NCBI GenBank assembly: GCA_951406725.2
Contig: OX597843.1
Coordinates: 18,600,001-18,664,000 of the forward strand
Length of the DNA stretch: 64,000 nt
Source: Octopus vulgaris
Taxonomy: Eukaryota
Direction of reading: 5' to 3'
Under the pieces are notes generated by a model, which was not told the origin of the DNA, searched no databases, and worked only from the letters and a program-made list of their open reading frames with translations. Positions 52,886 through 64,000 of this stretch are shown piece by piece. The number at the start of each line of letters is the position of its first letter. The stretch's first letter is position 1. A program made the translations under genes and the position numbers.

Positions 52886-53585
52886 GTAGCAGTTAAGCCC
52901 GGTTTCACCCGGTCTGTTTTGATGATGTGGGTGTGATCGTTTCGGTTAGGCATAATCTATAACAGCGTTTCTCAACCATATCATTTCGGGTCTCCTGTTC
53001 CGATTGAAGCCTCCAGCTATATGAAAATTTCTTTCCATCAACACCCCTCCCGCTGTCAGAAAACAGCTTCAGGAGTTGTGAAGAAAGAATTTGTACGTAG
53101 TCTGTTTCTGAGAGCTATTGTATTGGACCACTGTTTAATCCTTAAAACATTTATTTAATTATGAAGATAGAAAGAAATTATACATTAATCCCTATTTTTG
53201 TAAGCAGTTGTATCCATAAAAATTTTCTTTGCAGAGAGGAGAAGAGGGTGAGAAAGAGAGATAGGGTGAGTGAGTGAAGGTGTGTATCATTGAGTTACAT
53301 TGGCTGGCACGGCGGCTACGAAGCTTTTGGGGCGGCAGATGACTGGGGTGTTTTGAAAGATGTGAAGAAATGCCATCTTTTCAGAGGAGCGCTTCTTTGT
53401 AGGCAACATTTCTCGTTTTCCCTTCTGATGCGCAAAAGTCTAGACTTTGTGTGCTGCCAATATGGGAGCAGCCAACGAAGAGTTGACCGTGCGAGAACAC
53501 TTGCTCTGTGAGAATTTAAACCAACCCTTTGCAATGATTGACCCACTACCTTATTTATTGTCATTGCAAAGGAGAGTTTTGGTAA
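52886..53585 (-). mobile_element. Helitron 3' end: helicase C-terminal fragment and terminal hairpin
   Basis: Minus strand KLSFAMTINKVVGQSL..VG and, frameshifted, VFSHGQLFVGCS (53465-53585); CCGG-GTGAAA-CCGG hairpin then CTAC|T at 52886. Confidence 0.75.
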
Positions 53586-54491
53586 ATGACGACTACCAAC
53601 TTCAGCACGACATGTAATTTTAGTTTAAAATAACAAATATTATTGAATCAGTATCTCAAAAACGTGAGCATGAATATATTTCTATACGTTCTTTTCTTGA
53701 AGTGAGCATAACTCCCCATAAAAATATATTTCATAATATACCCACCTATAGACACAAATACAAACATAGATATCCACGTACAATCGTACACTGATACACA
53801 AAATGTGAGACATTTATGCAGACACATAGAGACACAAATACTCATAGACACCTTCATACACACTCTAACATGAAAATAGTAGCAGAACATTAGAGATAGA
53901 GAGAGAAAAAGGAAGATAAGAAGACATTAAGTTCCTAGAAATATTTCGTAAATAAAATAATATCAAAAAACTTAAGCAACTTACATTTGCTCTAAACTTG
54001 GAAGATTTTGAAAGCATCCTTGTTGGATGGTTGTGATCTTATTGTCATTGAGATCTCTGAAACATAAAACACAGTTCAAAAGTAAGAGTATTAAAGAGTA
54101 TTAAAAAGATTTCTTATAAAATATTAAATGTTGTAACTTTAGAATGATATTAATAAAAAGAGAACGATGATGAAGAAAATGGCCGCGATGATGTTGATGA
54201 TGATGAGGAGGAGATTGCGATGTTGATTGTAAATGTTGTAATAATGACGGTGAGAAGGAAAAATAATGATGATTATTACCGAAAACGATGACAAGCGCTA
54301 CCGATTAATTGGTGATAACGACGTTGATTATTATGATGTTCATAACGAAGGTGATGATGATTCTGCATGCTAGAAATAGCAGAGTAAATGGTGGGAGGAA
54401 ATAGTTATGATGACAAGATAACGATTAGTGAATATGAAAATATGATTAGCAGAAGGACTATGAATATGATAGCGCTGAAGATGATGAGGAC

Positions 54492-54522
<31 letters not shown>

Positions 54523-54705
54523 GTGACGACGATGATGACGATGATGATGATGATGATGATGATGATGACAAATTTAGAAACTGATAAGAATAACGAAGAA
54601 GGTGAAGGAAAATAAATCATAGAACGTAAAGATATAGAGAAGAAGAAGAAGAAGAAGAAGAAGAAGAAGAAGAAGAAGAAGAAGAAGAAGAAGAAGAAGA
54701 AGAAG

Positions 54706-54737
<32 letters not shown>

Positions 54738-54980
54738 GAAGAGGCGAATATGATTCATGAAGAGAGGAGAAAGCATTTGAAAAACTTAAAAGCAGAAGAA
54801 CCAGAAAATGATGAACAAGATGAATGTAGAGAAATATTGTGATGAAGACGATAAATGCAGGAAAAGAAGATATATTAAGAAAAGAAAAATAATGTGGAAT
54901 ATCAGAATGGGGAAACAAGTGGGAATAAAGGAATATAAATACAAATACTGTAGTCACACATCAAACAAATATATATATAC

Positions 54981-55028
<48 letters not shown>

Positions 55029-55415
55029 TGTATGTATATAAATGCACATAAACTCATACACCTATATATACCTTATCAAACCCTGATGTATAAACGCACA
55101 CACTCACTTCCAGGCCACACATATATTCCCACTTTCTCACACACAGGCAAACACAAATTGCAAGACAATATGAATTGTAGAAGAATGAGAGTAAATAAAG
55201 AAGATAAGAGAGACATTTAGTTTGTGGAAAAGACATTGGATGACATATCGTGATCTTATTATGAAGAAGATGACTAACATAAGAGAAAGTTGATGATGAA
55301 GAATAGGCCGAAAATGGAAACAACGATGAAGCAGCAGCAGCAGTAGTAGTAGTAGTAGAAGAAAAAGAAGAAGAAGAAGAAGAAGAAGAAGAAGAAGAAG
55401 AAGAAGAAGAAGAAT

Positions 55416-55447
<32 letters not shown>

Positions 55448-55975
55448 GTTGATGATAATGATGATGAAGATGATGATGATGATAAAGATGATGATGATGA
55501 TGATGATGATAACGATGATGGACAACAACAGCAACAACATTAAAACAACAATAAGAGAAGTGGCAGATAATGTAGGAGCTGAAGAAAAGAATGATGTAAA
55601 AAATAAGGAGGGAACGAAGGAGTCTGTCATGAAGAAAACTTAAATATAATATTTCTGATCTTATAATAATTCTGCTTGTCATTATGTTAATTAGTCCGTC
55701 GGTAACGCTTTCTCGTGATTAGAGAAAAAGAGGGAGAACGAAAAAGAGCGAAAGAGAAATGTCCATGACCTGAGGTAGAAGGAACGTGACTGTAATGCTT
55801 TCACGTGATTAGTTGAATGGAATGAGAGACCAAGAGAAAGGAAAAGGAATGAGAAAACGAAAGGAAGTCGAAGAGTGGAGCAGAAGAGAGGGAGAGGGAT
55901 AAAAGGGGAGAGAGAAAATATTTATTACGTGAAGAAAAATTTAGTTGAAGGTAGTGATACTGGGGAGGTTTACGT
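53586..55975 (+). repeat. Module B, copy 5 (long form)
   Basis: Collinear with copies 1 and 3. Confidence 0.88.
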
Positions 55976-55984
55976 AACAACCAC

Positions 55985-56900
55985 ATAGAAACAGACATCT
56001 TTTATAAACCCACTGATTCTAAACAATACCTATTATTTAACTCTTGCTGCCCCAAACACAAAACTTAATATATCGTTTAATCTAGCGAAAAGAATATGTA
56101 CCATATTTTCGGATACTTATACTCGTGAACAAAGACTCCTTGAACTTAGATCAACACTAGCTAAAAGACATTACCCAATCTCATTAATAAATGATGGCAT
56201 TAAAAGAGCTAAGGAAATAGATATACAAATATTAAGGCAAGCCAGCCGAAATACTAAACAAGACTTAAAAATACTCCCGTAGATTTCCACACATAACCCT
56301 AGAAACAACGAAGCCTTCAACATTATCACCCAAAATCTTCCCATCCTCACAAGAGACAATACAACGAACGAAATTTTAAGCTCACACAAAATTAAAAAAA
56401 GTAAACTGCAACCGAAGTCACTTAATAAAATATTAACCAGCGCAAGACTATATACACTAACAACAGAGCCAAAAGTGAAAAAATGTGGTCGTCTCAACTG
56501 TGGAACATGCCCCAACCTTTTGGAGGGTTCAGAATTCCACTTCAAACAAGGTGGAATATTTAAGATCAAATCAAATTTCACCTGCACCTCGGAAAATCTA
56601 ATCTATACCATGACATACTTATGATGAGGTAACCACTATATTGGACAAACAGGAATATCACTCCGCCGAAGAAGCACAATCCACAAGAAACAAATCTACC
56701 ACCCACAATACAGACAGTTACAGGTTAGTGAACACATAGAAAGGTGTGCTAGGAATCTTAATCCTAATTTCCAAATCTTCCCCCTCTATCAATGTTCACA
56801 GAACACGTCAATGCAACAAAGGTTGAATAAAGAGGCAATTATCATCAATACATATCTTCCCCAACTGAATATAAACACACAACTTAATACAGAACACATT
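55985..56900 (+). mobile_element. Penelope-like element 3' part with GIY-YIG endonuclease
   Basis: IETDIFYKPTDSKQYL, CGRLNCGTCP, FTCTSENLIY...HYIGQTGISLRRR, RLNKEAIIINTYLPQLN. Confidence 0.9.
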
Positions 56901-57422
56901 TAAGCCTTTAATTAACAACATAAAACCCTATACATTCCTTACACCATTCATATTACAATTCTATATCTAACCTTACTGCACAAAATCCAGAACTACTTAC
57001 ATCCCTTACAAATAATCTTTTTACTCCAGAACTATTAGACCTGACACCGTTCATTAGCCGGTGTTCATTCAAAGCAATGAATAGCTTATGACGAAAGCAT
57101 AGTATGCTTTCTGACTCTTTAATCATCTCATAATAAAGACATTTATGACTCTCATTACTACCTCAGTCCGTCTAAATGTATATATCTGTCGTTACCTTTC
57201 ATAAAAAGCTTTTCTTGTTTTATCTACAATGTGCATTTTCGTTGATTTTTCATATTTTCCCCTTACATTTCCACGTTTATTTTCTATTTTCTTCTTGTAA
57301 CATATTTCTACATACCTACATACATACATAGATACATACATATATACATACATACATATGTACATACATAGAAACATACATACATATATAGATACATACA
57401 TAAAAACATACATACATACATG

Positions 57423-57454
<32 letters not shown>

Positions 57455-57734
57455 CATACATACAGAAAGGCATACGTTATATATACATTATTTAAATACT
57501 GGTGTATGTGTTTCTTTGTGTATTTTTAGGCCTGTGAGCCTCTGAAACTTTGCGTCCTCGAGTAAAACGAATTTGATTTTCGAAATCCGATTCCCAAAGT
57601 AAATATCGTCCATAAAATTTAATATCGTCCATAAAATTTAATAATCCACGTGAAATAACCTAACTTTGAGACCCCAACCTCCCACACTATATCTTTCTCT
57701 ACCCATATATCTTATATTTGCCATACTGTTTGAT

Positions 57735-57780
<46 letters not shown>

Positions 57781-58114
57781 AATTAAAAATCAATCATTGC
57801 TTTCATTTTGTTTAAAATCTCACCTACTTCTATTTTATTATACATGTGTTCACATACAAACTGCTTAGTTTCCAAATCTTGTTTTCCAATGGGGTAAAAA
57901 TGATAAAACTTCGAACCTCTGACGTGTTTTCTGAACTTTTTCTCGAATAAATCAATAAATTTCTAAATTTCCACATAATTTTCAAATTTCAAATTCTGTG
58001 ACAGAAAGCGAAAAGTTCGATCTCTAATTGCTTATTCTTTTCCTTTTCTCATAGTAAACCTTCTCTGAACTTAAAGTCATGTACTGTGTACATTAAATTA
58101 GTAAATAGTATATA

Positions 58115-58378
58115 TGTTGTTGTTTGTTCATTCTCGAGCCATGCCTGGCTCATAAGGGACGGGACACCGGACCTTTGCCGGTGAGCTGCTAGAAGCAGGA
58201 GAAAAGTGTGAGAGAATGTGGTGGAGAAAGAGTCAGCAGAGGATCACCATTACCTTACGCCGGAGCCGCGTGGAGCTGAGGTGTTCAGCTCATAAACAGA
58301 CATCGCATAATCTGAGATTCGAACACGTGATCCCTCGAGCGCGAGACTGCTGCTCTAACCACTAGAACTTGTGCCTCC
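58115..58378 (-). mobile_element. tRNA-derived SINE, third family
   Basis: Minus strand GGAGGCACAAGTTCTAGTGGTTAGAGC (A-box), GTTCGAATC (B-box), AAC-repeat tail. Confidence 0.75.
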
Positions 58379-59160
58379 ATATATATATGCTCATGTGCCT
58401 CCATATATATATATATTGCTCGTGTTTTTCATGTTGAAGTTAAACCCACCTCTTGCCTTGTATTGAAATCTTCTACGTTCCCTCTACCAACTGTTACCAA
58501 TTAAGATGTTATATCTGATTCGGCAGGGATTTTATCCGCTTAACGCTTTTGACATACTCCTACATACTGGACCGTCTGAAATCGCAGTGAAACGTTTGGG
58601 TGTACTTCGAATTCCCATTAATGTCACTCTCGGTACAAAATTGATCAGTGTGTCCAATCTCAGCAAAATCTGAAGAAAAGTGGTAAGGTTATGTCATAAA
58701 ATAGAATCCATTTGACCATTTACATGAAAATATCCCATTGACATTTAAATCTCAATACATTATATAAATAATCGACGTTTCATATGTGGAAGTGCTTAAT
58801 TTTACACACTGTTCAATTTTCTTCAGAATCAGTTCCCTAATTTTGTGAATGATTCTGACGATTTCTGCCTTTCATCATTTTAATTTTAATTCAACTACAT
58901 GACTCCGGCCATAAACCTTACCTAAAAGTCAAAGTTCATCAAAATCGGATGAATTGTGTAAAAGTTACAGCATAAAATACTAATCCTATGGCTGATTGCA
59001 TACAAAAAGCCTATTGATTTTTTTTAACGCAGTTATCGATTTTTTGTCAACTCTTCATCTGGTATCAACTAATGGACATGAACTGTAATCACGTGTAAAA
59101 TTTCTACAAAATCGTTAAGAATATCTGTCAGGAAATGCTTATGTACATTTATGCCGTTTT

Positions 59161-59745
59161 CAAGCTCTTTTGAATTAAATACATACCTTTACCGTATCCC
59201 CCACCGAACATTTACCTACACTTCCTATTTCATTAAAATCGGATAAAAAATATGAAAGTTACGTCCAAAAATAAAATCCCTGTGAGTATATGCACGCAAA
59301 ACGTCTATTGATTTTATAAAACCACTGCTCCGGCGCAATTACCAATTTTTTTCTCAACGTCATATACTGAAATCAACTCACTGCTATGAGCCTTGCTCAC
59401 TCGTCGATTTTCATTAAAATTGGACAAAAAATGCTAAAGCTGCTGGGAAAATAACATCGTTATGGGAATATGCGAGGTTAATGAACAATATTTTAAAATG
59501 TCGCCATTTTTTAAAAATTAAGTTTCACATTTTGTTTGAAAAAAAAATGTGGATTATAATGGTGATCACCGATTTCCAAAATTTGTCATTTAATACTTTT
59601 GTTAATGCGTCGTTCAAACGCATTAGCCAAAATCGGTACCGATTGGGATTGGGGATTTGAAAAAAAACTACACACATTCAAACAATTTTTAAAGAGCTTC
59701 CTGCCATCATTTCCAACGTTGAGGTGAAAACAAAATTTGAAAATC
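59161..59745 (+). repeat. Dispersed repeat E, copy 2
   Basis: Collinear with 38354-38940. Confidence 0.85.
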
Positions 59746-60199
59746 ATCACCAGAACGAGTGCAAGAGTGGCTGTGTGGTAAGTAGCTTGCTTACCTCATT
59801 GAGCATGTGCGAATCAGAGTTGTGTTTGATACTGAAACTGTAAAGACGTGTGTTTGAAGCCGTCTAAAATTGAAGATTTTTGAAACTCAGCTGTAAGGTA
59901 AAACTTTTTGAGGGGGTCTAGTGGGGGCCTGTTGTCTGTCGCAATTATTTTTTACAAACAAGAAGTCCTCACTGGATTCTAATCTATTTGTAGCTGAGTG
60001 AATATTTTTTCACTTAACTGTGAAAATTATTGTGTTGGTGGGCGTATCCTGCCGCAAAATTTTGTTTGAGAATAGTGTTTGTCCAGGAATAACTCTGGGA
60101 ATTTTTAGAAAAGATTTCAACAATATTGTCCCTGTTAAGGAGTACCTATGAGAAGAAAAATTGGAATGATTTGCGTTAAAATTGTGGCCTGGAGTACCG

Positions 60200-61830
60200 A
60201 GTGGCCTATGCTGTGTTTTGAACTGCTGCTCTCTCTCTCTTCGTCTCTCTTTTATTTAAAAAAAGACTCTTTATTGAACTGTTAATATTTTCTCCTTTTT
60301 TATTTGGACTTTTTCTCTTCCTTTTTTTCTTTTTCATTTTGTATTTTATGAGGTGTTTTTTGGACTTTTTTAAAAAGAAACATGGCAAAAAAAAATGGAA
60401 AGTTGGTTGAGTGGGAATTTATACTACCCAAAAGATGATTAAAAGAACCTGAAAGTAAGACGTTGGTTTTGAGGACCTACTCTAGGATCCTCGACGCAAT
60501 TGCCTTTTTCAAAAAATATAATCGAAAGAGAGATGGAAGAATTTAAGCCAGCTATTAAGTTTATCACTCGGAGGGTCAAATATGCAACCGTGTGGTTGCT
60601 GTTTGACTCCCCAGAAGTGGATTGTGAATTTGCGTGCCAGCTCCTGGAAGGCAATGAAATTTTGTTTCTTCCCACTTATTGTGGGAAGAAGTTGACGAGG
60701 GCTTGGGTTGGCAGCTTGCCATCGGAGCTGAGCCCGAGTGGATAGGAGACACTATCCGCCGGAGTCTGCGTGGTAGTAGCACCGAGCTTTTCAATGTAAA
60801 TATTCTGCCTGCGGCTGACTGGGAGGGGTCAAAATCTGTTTTGACCCTCTGGACAAAGTTAGCTGAAAGTCTGGTATTTCCAGATTTTTGAGAATGTGCT
60901 GGTCGAAGTATACGGTGATGCTTGAGGGAGCTCCCCCCCACCAAGTGTCATCGGTGTCTGGAGCCTGGCCATATAAAAAAGAACTGTTCTCAACGGCAAA
61001 GCAAAGTCCTGGAGCGGTTGACGGAGACCTCTGTAGAAGAGGGAATGAAGGCGGCCGAGGAGACGGAGGATGCCTCAAAGAAGAGCCGCAAAAGGAAGAA
61101 GGTGAGTAATAATGTGTGCTCACCGAAGGATTCTTGGAATGAGGGAGGGGAGGCACATGTCCCGGTCACTGAGGGGACGCACCCTCACCTAGTCAAGAAG
61201 AAAAACGAGGAAGAGGAGAAACGGGATATTGCCGGCAGTCGGAGCCATGGAGCCTCATCGGTGGGGGAGCCGTGCCACCGGCGGGGATGGGTTAGACACA
61301 AGTGGTAAGAATTGTGCTGCGAACGGTAGAATTGACTACCTCAGACCCGGGGGAGGAAGAACTGTTGGTCTTCTGTTATAGAGGGGGAGTGGTGGAAAAG
61401 GTGGTGGAAGAACACTACAACGGAGTACCTTTGGCCTTCGCACGGTTACCCGAATGGACTCCGCAGATAGCTGTGGAGGTCATAAGGTTGCGCATGTTAC
61501 AAAGGCTGGGGGGACTAAAAGAGGAATATCGCTCGTGGCCGGGTGACGCCAACTCGGAGTCCGCCTTGATTTTAAAGCAAGCATGGGCGATGGTGGAGTA
61601 CACGTACATAAGCGATAATGAGGATTGTCAAGAGTTTGAAAAGCCTCAGTGTTATAATGTGTAAGAAGCTCAGTGCCTCACTTGTAAATGGACTAGTGTT
61701 GATTGTATAGTGAATATTTTATTGTATATTTTTGTATGTTATTATTTGTTATGGACTATTAAGTCCAAGTTTTGTAAAAACTGTAGTGAGAGGTTCAATA
61801 CCTCGTTTTTTTCTGTTGGGATAAAAAAGG
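60200..61830 (+). mobile_element. L1/Tx1-type ORF1-only element, second divergent family
   Basis: YATVWLLFDSPE..ILFLPTYCG homologous to the 21599 ORF; intact knuckle CHRCLEPGHIKKNC; frame ends at 61664 with a T-rich 3' UTR and no ORF2. Confidence 0.72.
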
Positions 61831-61839
61831 AGGAATGTT

Positions 61840-63110
61840 TTAGAGAACCGGAACCAGATAACTTCACGTGTTTTTGTTATCTAATTCCGATTGATAGGTT
61901 TATCCGAGTATATAAAGGGTTTTGAAAGTGCATACGGGTGTTGATATCGACGGGCAGAGACGGAGTTAGTGTCCAGATCATATACTACTTTAAAATTTGG
62001 GAGAGTAGTAGGACGATGGGTTATGCGGGATATTTTTTGTTTTATCTGGAGGACGGGTGTATTCTTTGTTCTTCGATCGAATTCGTATGACCGTCGCCTT
62101 GTAGGGTGCAATTATAATATTCAGCGTATTGTTCGAATATTTCCTTACTGGCGGACAGTGATGAAATCCGTTTTGATACGATATCTACGATAGAGCTTAG
62201 GACAACTGGCGTTGTGGTTGGAGGAAAAGTTGACGTAGTTGAGGTTCTCCTTAAGTTTATGGCATGGGTTGAAAATTTGACTTCGTAGATCTAGGGTGAC
62301 ACCTAGGAAATTAGAAGTTTTAAGGCTGCTACAAAAAGGGATGCAGAGGCCCATCTTTTTAAAAAGATATCTTAGTCTTTTTCTAATCTGTTCGATTCGG
62401 CCGTTGCGAGAATCCCGAATGTCTCTATTGGCCCAGAATTACCCAGTTTTATCATATGTCGACGGGCAGCCAAGATGATATCAATATCGTCCACAAGAGA
62501 GGTTAGATAGAATCATTGCAAAAATGAGGACTTTGTTGAGAAGGATAGCGGATACACTAGAGTAATTTGGTCTATGTCCATCTGTATGAATTTAAAAGTA
62601 TGTTTAGGACTTTAGGAATAAAACCACTGGACGGTTTGAGTAATTTCAGTCCATATGTGTAGTGTGTACGTTGGATACAGTTGGGGGTATAATCCTGTCT
62701 GATGAAATCTTGCTAATCTTACCTATATCTGAACTGAAGGGGCAAATGAGGCCTTCTACGTTAATATGGAGTGAGCGAGTTATGGAACGTCTGGTCCTAT
62801 CTTCTAATGCGCGTTTAAAAACGAGATCACGATTCGTGATGTAAATGTCTTTTAGAACGAGACTGGTACAATACGGTATCATTTATGTAGTTATTTGTGT
62901 ATTAGCTCTCGGTATTTATCTAGAGGAGTGTTATAAAGGTTGCCGGGCTTGACGGCTTGGAAGAGAATTTCATAGTATTTTTGGAGACTCCTGAGGATAT
63001 TATTGATTTTAGTTAGGTGGGGTTTGATTGTTAATTTTCTAGGTTTAAAATTGATTTTCTAAAGCAGATTGGTAAGATGTTGCTCGAAATTATCTAGGTC
63101 ACGCTTAGGA
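61840..63110 (-). mobile_element. Penelope-like RT relic lacking the catalytic segment
   Basis: LICPFSSDIGKISK, FIQMDI, DIDIILAARR, then directly RIEQIRKRL and NFLGVTLDL; paralog of 40560-41212. Confidence 0.8.
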
Positions 63111-63129
63111 GGTGCATATCTATCTATCA

Positions 63130-63175
<46 letters not shown>

Positions 63176-63178
63176 ATA

Positions 63179-63226
<48 letters not shown>

Positions 63227-63384
63227 AGAAAGTTGGTGTGTGAAAGCACGTGGTTGAATATATAGAAAATAGTAAAAAGTGAAAAAACTACAGAAGACTT
63301 GCTTTAAAAGGTTAAAAAATATATTTGAGTCATTATGTCAGAAGAATGTTATAAAATTTTTTCATACAGTGACATAGTTTTTGA

Positions 63385-63421
63385 AGAAATTACCGGTTTC
63401 GTGATAACTTTTCAAATTTCT
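63385..63421 (-). ncRNA. Minimal type I hammerhead with U3-A8 core in a (TA)n-flanked unit of about 285 bp (63219-63502)
   Basis: Minus strand: AGAAAT TTGAAAA GT tatc AC GAAAC CG GTA^ATTTCT; perfect 6-bp stem I. Confidence 0.78.
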
Positions 63422-63499
63422 CAAATTTCTCAAAACATTGTGTTATGTCTTCGTTATGAAGTGCAAAGAAGAGTTCCAGGTAGTGGGAGGTAATGAGCC

Positions 63500-63537
<38 letters not shown>

Positions 63538-63738
63538 AAAAAGGCGTTGTATTTCCATGCAGAAAGTATCTAGGAAAATTTGTTGTTGAAAATGCACCTA
63601 AATTTGAAAAACATGTTTTTGTTTTTAAATAAATATATTTATATTAAATGGCGGTGCCACAGCATGGCCACAGCTCGTGAGCTGAAACTAGATAAAATAT
63701 AATAAAATAAATAAAAAAAATATACATACCAAACTAGT

Positions 63739-64000
63739 TTCAACAATATTTATCAATGATAAAAATTTAAAATTATGAATTAGAAAAACATGTTTTTATG
63801 TTTATATGTTTCGGTAAAATGAAGTATGATTTTAAATGTTCATAACATTCAATAATATATAAAAGAAATGTGGATCGTTTTGCTCAAATGCACAAAATTC
63901 AAAAGTGTTAATAGTGATCGATAAGAAATGTGGATCATCAAAGTTTCGGCCATACTGAGTTAAGAGGGAGAAAAACAAGGGAGAAATGAAGATAGTGAAA
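63739..64000 (+). repeat. Dispersed repeat D, copy 2, runs off the window end
   Basis: Near-identical to 19968-20236. Confidence 0.85.

Noticed and set aside
57085-57120. ATGACGA AAGCA-tagta-TGCTT downstream of the GIY-YIG PLE
   Set aside because: Plausible position for an HHR remnant, but the GAAA and cleavage triplet are missing.
1-64000. CRISPR arrays, rRNA, intact tRNA genes, prokaryotic operons
   Set aside because: No repeat-spacer array or rRNA-like sequence; all tRNA-like segments are SINE heads or decayed; the content is eukaryotic repeat DNA.

Overview
AT-rich, microsatellite-dense eukaryotic DNA with no intact host protein-coding gene that I can support. The SINE sequences and repeat spectrum resemble an octopus or other coleoid cephalopod genome (inference). 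Almost the whole window is nested mobile-element debris: four R4/Dong-type non-LTR retrotransposon pieces (RT, CCHC finger, restriction-like endonuclease), one young and sitting in a (TAA)n tract with an empty-site paralog in the window; several Penelope-like (PLE) RT/GIY-YIG relics; a decayed Helitron RepHel, non-autonomous Helitrons and a five-copy Helitron-associated module; two ORF1-only L1/Tx1-like elements; a Gypsy LTR-PBS-gag fragment; a mariner relic; and tRNA-derived SINEs. The most notable signal is non-coding: about ten type I hammerhead ribozyme (HHR) motifs in 64 kb. Most lie in (TA)n-flanked, often fold-back units, three share a U3-A8 core variant, and one caps a roughly 320-bp rod-like, highly self-complementary element (13433-13755) that looks like a retrozyme-type RNA. 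All calls come from reading the sequence by eye; nothing was searched or folded computationally.
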